Source: Candidatus Nanohalobium sp.
GTDB taxonomy: Archaea; Nanohalarchaeota; Nanosalinia; Nanosalinales; Nanosalinaceae
Assembly: GCA_042217545.1 (NCBI GenBank)
Contig: JBDGSM010000002.1
Span: 1-19,915 of the forward strand
DNA length: 19,915 nt
Reading direction: 5' to 3'
Shown here: positions 17,501 through 19,915 of the stretch, piece after piece
Layout: every line of letters begins with the position of its first letter
How positions within the stretch are numbered: the stretch's first letter is position 1
Notes under the pieces: model-generated
What the model was told of the DNA's origin: nothing
The model's database searches: none
What the model saw: only the letters and a program-made list of their open reading frames with translations
Program-made: the position numbers and the translations under genes

Positions 17501-19914
17501 ATTTTCCTGTCGTCGTAGGCCTTTAGAGGTATGGATGTGTTCTTGCCTTTCCATCCCGGATTAGTGTAAGTGGAGTAAGGCGTCGGAGGTTCTGTATCCA
17601 CTGTGTAGGTGAAGTTCAGTATTACTCCGTTGTCCGCCCTGTCCTTTAACGAGATATTGAATGATTTTTCTCCCTGCGTATCGTTATTTATCTCCGCGGC
17701 TAGATCGGATCCCTGGCTGCTCTTCCTCGAAGCACCGTCCAGGATCTTTATACTCGAGGATTTGACTCCTGAGAGCGCATCCGAGAAGTTCATCCTGATA
17801 ACTGTCGTGTTGAGTATGTAGGACTGGTTCGAGACCGATAACCGGGATACCTGGGGCGGCGTATCGTCCACAGTGTAGTTATAGAGTAAGTGGCGGATGT
17901 TGCTGGCATTATCTTTCAACCATACGTCAAGTGTCCGATAACCTTGCGACCAGTTAGGACTGAATGTAAACGATTTGGACTGCTTGGTAACATTTGATCC
18001 TGTCCCTAGAGTTGCGGAGACAAAGTGCTGATCTTTGATCGCGAAATCCAGGTTCTCACCTGACTTGATAGCGGAGTTATTGCCCCTTATCTGGCCTCCC
18101 GCCTTCACAGACTTCACTGTCGGCGCCCTGGTATCTACATCATACTTGAAGACGTTTTTACGCATATTCAAGGCCTTATCAAAGATGTATGCGAAAAAGG
18201 TCTGGTTATCTCCATCAGAGCTGAAGGGATCAAGGCCTCCAGTTGTGTTAACTTCCAGGCTTCCATTACCGCTGCTGTCATCGTACCTGTTACGGTAAGT
18301 CTTCGAACCCAGGTTCTTACTGCCGTTAAGGACAGAGTAGTTATCGCTAGCGTTCAACTCGAATACATCTGAAAGTTTGATCACCGAACGGTTTTTAGGG
18401 CCTATATCCATGATATTTGGCTTCTGAGTATCATAGATAACAGTATCGTTTACGATCGTTGGAGCCAGGTTACCTGCGTAGTCGCGGAACTGTGTGGAGA
18501 TTTTTCTGTTACCTGTCTTACCAGGACATCCAAGAGATGAATTCGTGATATCTATCTGTACCTGGTCGGCCGTCCCGTTTCTCACATACCATCTCGACCA
18601 GTCTTTCCGGTTACATGAAAACCTGAAAAGATCAGGAACTGCCTTATCGGTCAGATAACTTGGCTTTGAGACCCTCACATCCACTTCAGGATCGTTCACG
18701 TAATACCTGGAAATATTCACGTCCTGCTTCTTAGGCCTCTTAGTATCAACCACAATCCACGCCTCAGTCTTGGAACCCCAGTACCCCTGGGTCGAGTTAT
18801 CCTTGAACTGAACCGCATAGGTATCGTTCAAACCACCATAGTCGCCGGAAAGATCATAATCAACCTTCCTTGCGTCTACAAGGCCTTTCACCGAGACATT
18901 GCCTGAAGTAAGGAACTCTCCACGGGACTCATTTATCTTTGAATCAAGAGAAAGTTCATCGATAATATAGGCATCCTGGGCAGAGGAATTGTTTCTCTTA
19001 ACCCGTAGCCTGAAACTATCAGTATACGCCGAGGAAGGAAGCTGACTGGTCCTGACCTTCTGCCATTCACCGGAACCAAGATCTCCGGGCTTTATCACCT
19101 TCAAAGTATTCCAGCCCGAGCCCCCATTCTGCTCATACTGAATCTTCAGATCCTCTGCTCCCTCCGCCGGGTCGCAAGAAGAAGACTGGGAAGGCTTTTT
19201 CACCCAGAACTCCAGGCTCAGGTTCTGCGAAGAACTGACATTATAGGACCTGGAAGTAACCTCTGCTGTGCCTCCATTGGCCGAAGATTGCAGAATCAGA
19301 GCCTTATCACCCTTATAGGCCCCGCAGGACTTAGAGATCTTTGAATACTTCGCTCCTGAGAAATTCCACACATTTTGATCTGTGAAATTTTCGAAACCTG
19401 ACTGGATAACCGGTTTAAGGCCTATGCTTGAGTTAGAGTGCTGGAACCGGGCGTTCGCGATCTTGGTATTCCTGGGATAATAACCTGTCGAACTAAGTGT
19501 AAACGTGCTGTTAGTATACTTCGACTCGTTTACCTTTGTATAAGGCAGATCCTTCCCGGAGTAGGCCTTAGTATTCTTAATTCGAGGCCCCAGAAGGAAA
19601 TTGACTATGTTGCTCATCAGCTTATCCCGGGTCTTGTTGGAACTTACTGCTTCAAAGCCGAAAGTGCCCAGGACCGAACGATACCTGTAGGGTGAGGCGT
19701 GAACCAGCGCACTGGCCAGTTCATCCGGAGTATCTCCTGTTTTTGGCGTATCTCCATCTTTTTCAACATAGTATTTGGGATCAGCGTCTTTCCGGGCGTT
19801 TAGGTTCAAGGCTATCTGTATGGCATGCTGGTGGTTATCTCTCCTTGGCTCCCATGTCATATTCACAGAACCCGATCCTTTCCTTATACTGGAGTGCAGG
19901 GCGTATTTTAGGTT
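11578..19914 (-). CDS. Giant membrane-anchored surface protein/adhesin with many Ig-like repeats (5'-truncated by the window; >2,770 aa)
   Basis: The frame is open from the window edge (NLKYALHSS... upstream of GTG 19866). Repeated D-x-x-G-N...VD-x-x-x-P Ig-like (Big) motifs, Cys pairs and dozens of N-x-S/T sequons. A Gly-rich linker, then coiled coil, a single TM (WWKYALGFMLLYIAFFLVTVVGIPYY, about 11912-11988) and a cytoplasmic coiled-coil tail. Confidence 0.92.
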   Translation of the reverse strand, partial: NLKYALHSSIRKGSGSVNMTWEPRRDNHQHAIQIALNLNARKDADPKYYVEKDGDTPKTGDTPDELASALVHASPYRYRSVLGTFGFEAVSSNKTRDKLMSNIVNFLLGPRIKNTKAYSGKDLPYTKVNESKYTNSTFTLSSTGYYPRNTKIANARFQHSNSSIGLKPVIQSGFENFTDQNVWNFSGAKYSKISKSCGAYKGDKALILQSSANGGTAEVTSRSYNVSSSQNLSLEFWVKKPSQSSSCDPAEGAEDLKIQYEQNGGSGWNTLKVIKPGDLGSGEWQKVRTSQLPSSAYTDSFRLRVKRNNSSAQDAYIIDELSLDSKINESRGEFLTSGNVSVKGLVDARKVDYDLSGDYGGLNDTYAVQFKDNSTQGYWGSKTEAWIVVDTKRPKKQDVNISRYYVNDPEVDVRVSKPSYLTDKAVPDLFRFSCNRKDWSRWYVRNGTADQVQIDITNSSLGCPGKTGNRKISTQFRDYAGNLAPTIVNDTVIYDTQKPNIMDIGPKNRSVIKLSDVFELNASDNYSVLNGSKNLGSKTYRNRYDDSSGNGSLEVNTTGGLDPFSSDGDNQTFFAYIFDKALNMRKNVFKYDVDTRAPTVKSVKAGGQIRGNNSAIKSGENLDFAIKDQHFVSATLGTGSNVTKQSKSFTFSPNWSQGYRTLDVWLKDNASNIRHLLYNYTVDDTPPQVSRLSVSNQSYILNTTVIRMNFSDALSGVKSSSIKILDGASRKSSQGSDLAAEINNDTQGEKSFNISLKDRADNGVILNFTYTVDTEPPTPYSTYTNPGWKGKNTSIPLKAYDDRKMGKISYCVRTLTGLCAKTGSSLSGKNVTVDVGCVDGAVCNKSVKYGATDSAGNANASYETQRILIDKKKPEATLRYPSKGSRVAGEVQIKARISDKDSGIKDVNYTVYNASNSSQVFDSGDLNSSNSYSAIWNSNPDISLFGDVKANLTVLDSSGNKASDTSGFRVENSKTSVTIQRPYRQYVNSTIDLSVHAKRPGVNVIESHNYSIYDSNGNMVYSQNLTGIGASNHTFNAVLDSSQLSGDGNYSLKSRALDNASTSANSSTWFYLDTQPPNVALQSSINSSWETGVINVGFTADDDESNGSISVEYRYGNNSWKQGSYGIKFSDSSFDFVTGNCKDSSSNKCQIRLTAKDTAGNSNTSLLRFKVDNVAPDVSIDSPAANTWQNKNFNVKTSISDNVENVSVLRCRVKIEGSRWMYHSCTNDIQVNVGNSERCDATADDHTCTVRVKAIDEVGLEGRKTRNYLVDYKKPRILDIAPGENVINGSRKFNVNFTDDISDVSSAKWNASGAVNTLQNGTKFDPGWTNDGQKQVELLINDTAGNQLKKTYTYTLDTKKPQLEASNLSQPKGLRGDVNIYKGEALYFNANLSDKNGVDSAVVEVNGGNRKNYTMQNISGDNNLWRADIGERSKAGKYNVTAVYITDNAGNTRKVDSGLPKFNVNNYSTEVVKGLDVPAGYRGNLTLQVDLNKTVESKEIGLTVFKTGSDKLGVENFSCSYGGECNATETSKGLDLNVSGGYWHLNVTIDPEAFTPAQDTNVTFRTDLLGNKRIARSLYRAPDLQIANLSCVGSCTVDQNENFSVNLTALNLKSQGNTGKAVDAALKLKNIPDDENHVRHLNNISSGYSQDFTFSNLSIAGKGDYSIEAALGERTGTYNTSKAISIHVKDSEKPTVESYSITASKINLNQTETLKAQLKDNSKIRSANATVVNTTGQEENLTLQKSSSVNRKHLWYVDYQKTSRRGTYNFTKIYVKDNHGNLRRKTLGESFNVSQLEMNATLLQNTTTVGNPVKFSLNITGNSEPVENIEINASRPLGGNTISSYDQVNGENTLKFSRFYNSGNYSFKVKASTGDSTITKKTGNVSVAYGNSSVQNINGNSSVLILPKSASPYNLTWVLKALDGGLRNINLTVQSSNNSVIKPIRASKSAGNLTYSDRRKDVGYLTKASYSTGKANLTFTATPGKGNGTSKKVPVEIVSSDSSSPVLRQVSSSESVPNLNESISFQANVTDNSLLDNVTLEVSHPVNKSSKIQKFSMNRGDDGMYRYRFTNTSEAGNYSFRVTAWDIAGNSDGENGSFRVSDSLNLDVSPSRQIYLTREKIKYNMELRDADGERLNNYDLNAVLSRNGSNVSLANGAGGISAYTVKRSDPPSSTTDPAKIPVDYTLYLNVSKGNNSASLKKTVGVSRLLKPVKMEQPDYIKPGSNFTVKVYWREPGGQLIDAGSFSSFAICSECKQGSTGYQRMDYNHDNGTATATFTAPESGKSVSILLVGSDNRGNSESQDLLTSPPPSFSVSIGGSGTTKNGTGPGRGFSGLPGGGGPRMKITRLSPPVTVAPGTKTVNLSVNTNIAAKCVYSRNVIPEDVSFKQAKSFDKTGGAYHQAEVDISDVDYNTFSYSVMCASDSANATRNIVFSRGNVEINSFNASLPTSLTPLNESVLQYENATARFTVTSKKKSKPLNLQFNFSSSCCNAYVLSNGHKVTSAQIGPQQTRRFKLGVYVPLHTREGTFSPLLSIRSGNASRERYLDFQVLDRKEVEKYKELKQRAQLLNASIKRYRLAGIDTSGERKMFKGLWNSIEDANRSIMDDNLTALREGLNQGYSKAETIDSKLEAKALKKYVLLNWWKYALGFMLLYIAFFLVTVVGIPYYRIQTELVRINSELEDQVEARKKGEKQYFKRQIDKDTFNEMMQDRQNRILELRGEKEDLKDELDGFLWSKLTVQNYLKAPWKGMEELEKWWAANRRARQNIHGEEDQEDEE

Positions 19915-19915
19915 C

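Larger units (their letters stand above)
138..19568. repeat. Highly iterated palindrome AGGCCT, dispersed (about 71 copies by hand count)
   Basis: Examples at 138, 589, 1036, 1224, 1270, 1323, 1503, 1892, 2461, 2486, 3702, 5821, 6047, 6197, 6527, 8583, 10085, 11533, 14138, 14151, 15491, 18881 and 19563. Confidence 0.9.

Noticed and set aside
215..19695. Many antisense or alternative-frame ORFs in the track (e.g. 215-757, 4854-5357, 5217-5792, 15829-16296)
   Set aside because: They lie within well-supported genes. Most are Ser/Phe/Leu-rich mirror translations of acidic coding strands, with no motifs or promoters.
19864..19866. GTG 19866 as the start of the giant protein
   Set aside because: The frame stays open to the window edge and there is no signal peptide, so the gene begins outside the window.
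1..19915. CRISPR array, IS element or integrase
   Set aside because: No regularly spaced 25-40-nt repeats, transposase or recombinase motifs, or terminal inverted repeats were seen. The AGGCCT copies are only 6 bp and irregularly spaced.

Overview
This is a compact archaeal chromosomal segment. It most likely comes from a halophilic DPANN archaeon (Nanohaloarchaeota-like); this is inferred from the very acidic cytoplasmic proteins, moderate GC, 0-4 nt gaps or overlaps between convergent genes, and TATA boxes about 23-28 nt upstream of start codons, implying leaderless mRNAs. From left to right it holds: a YhaO/YhaN-type Mre11/SbcD nuclease plus a membrane-anchored Rad50/SMC-like ATPase operon, with a small upstream wHTH-like gene; a small secreted protein; a lipoprotein that looks like a stand-alone SecD P1 domain; DUF502; a SWIM Zn-finger protein; a ~400-nt structured intergenic unit with its own promoter and terminator; an acidic hypothetical protein; an AI-2E transporter; a probably frameshifted SAM methyltransferase; a LUD-domain protein; two convergent KaiC/RAD55 ATPases; and the last >2,770 codons of a giant, Lys/Asn/Ser-rich, Ig-repeat surface protein with a reelin-like jelly-roll domain. 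The strongest signal not explained by the genes is the palindrome AGGCCT. I counted about 71 copies by hand against about 5 expected, in all three codon phases and in intergenic DNA, which resembles a HIP1-type highly iterated palindrome in an archaeon. All family calls come from reading motifs by eye; no database search was run.
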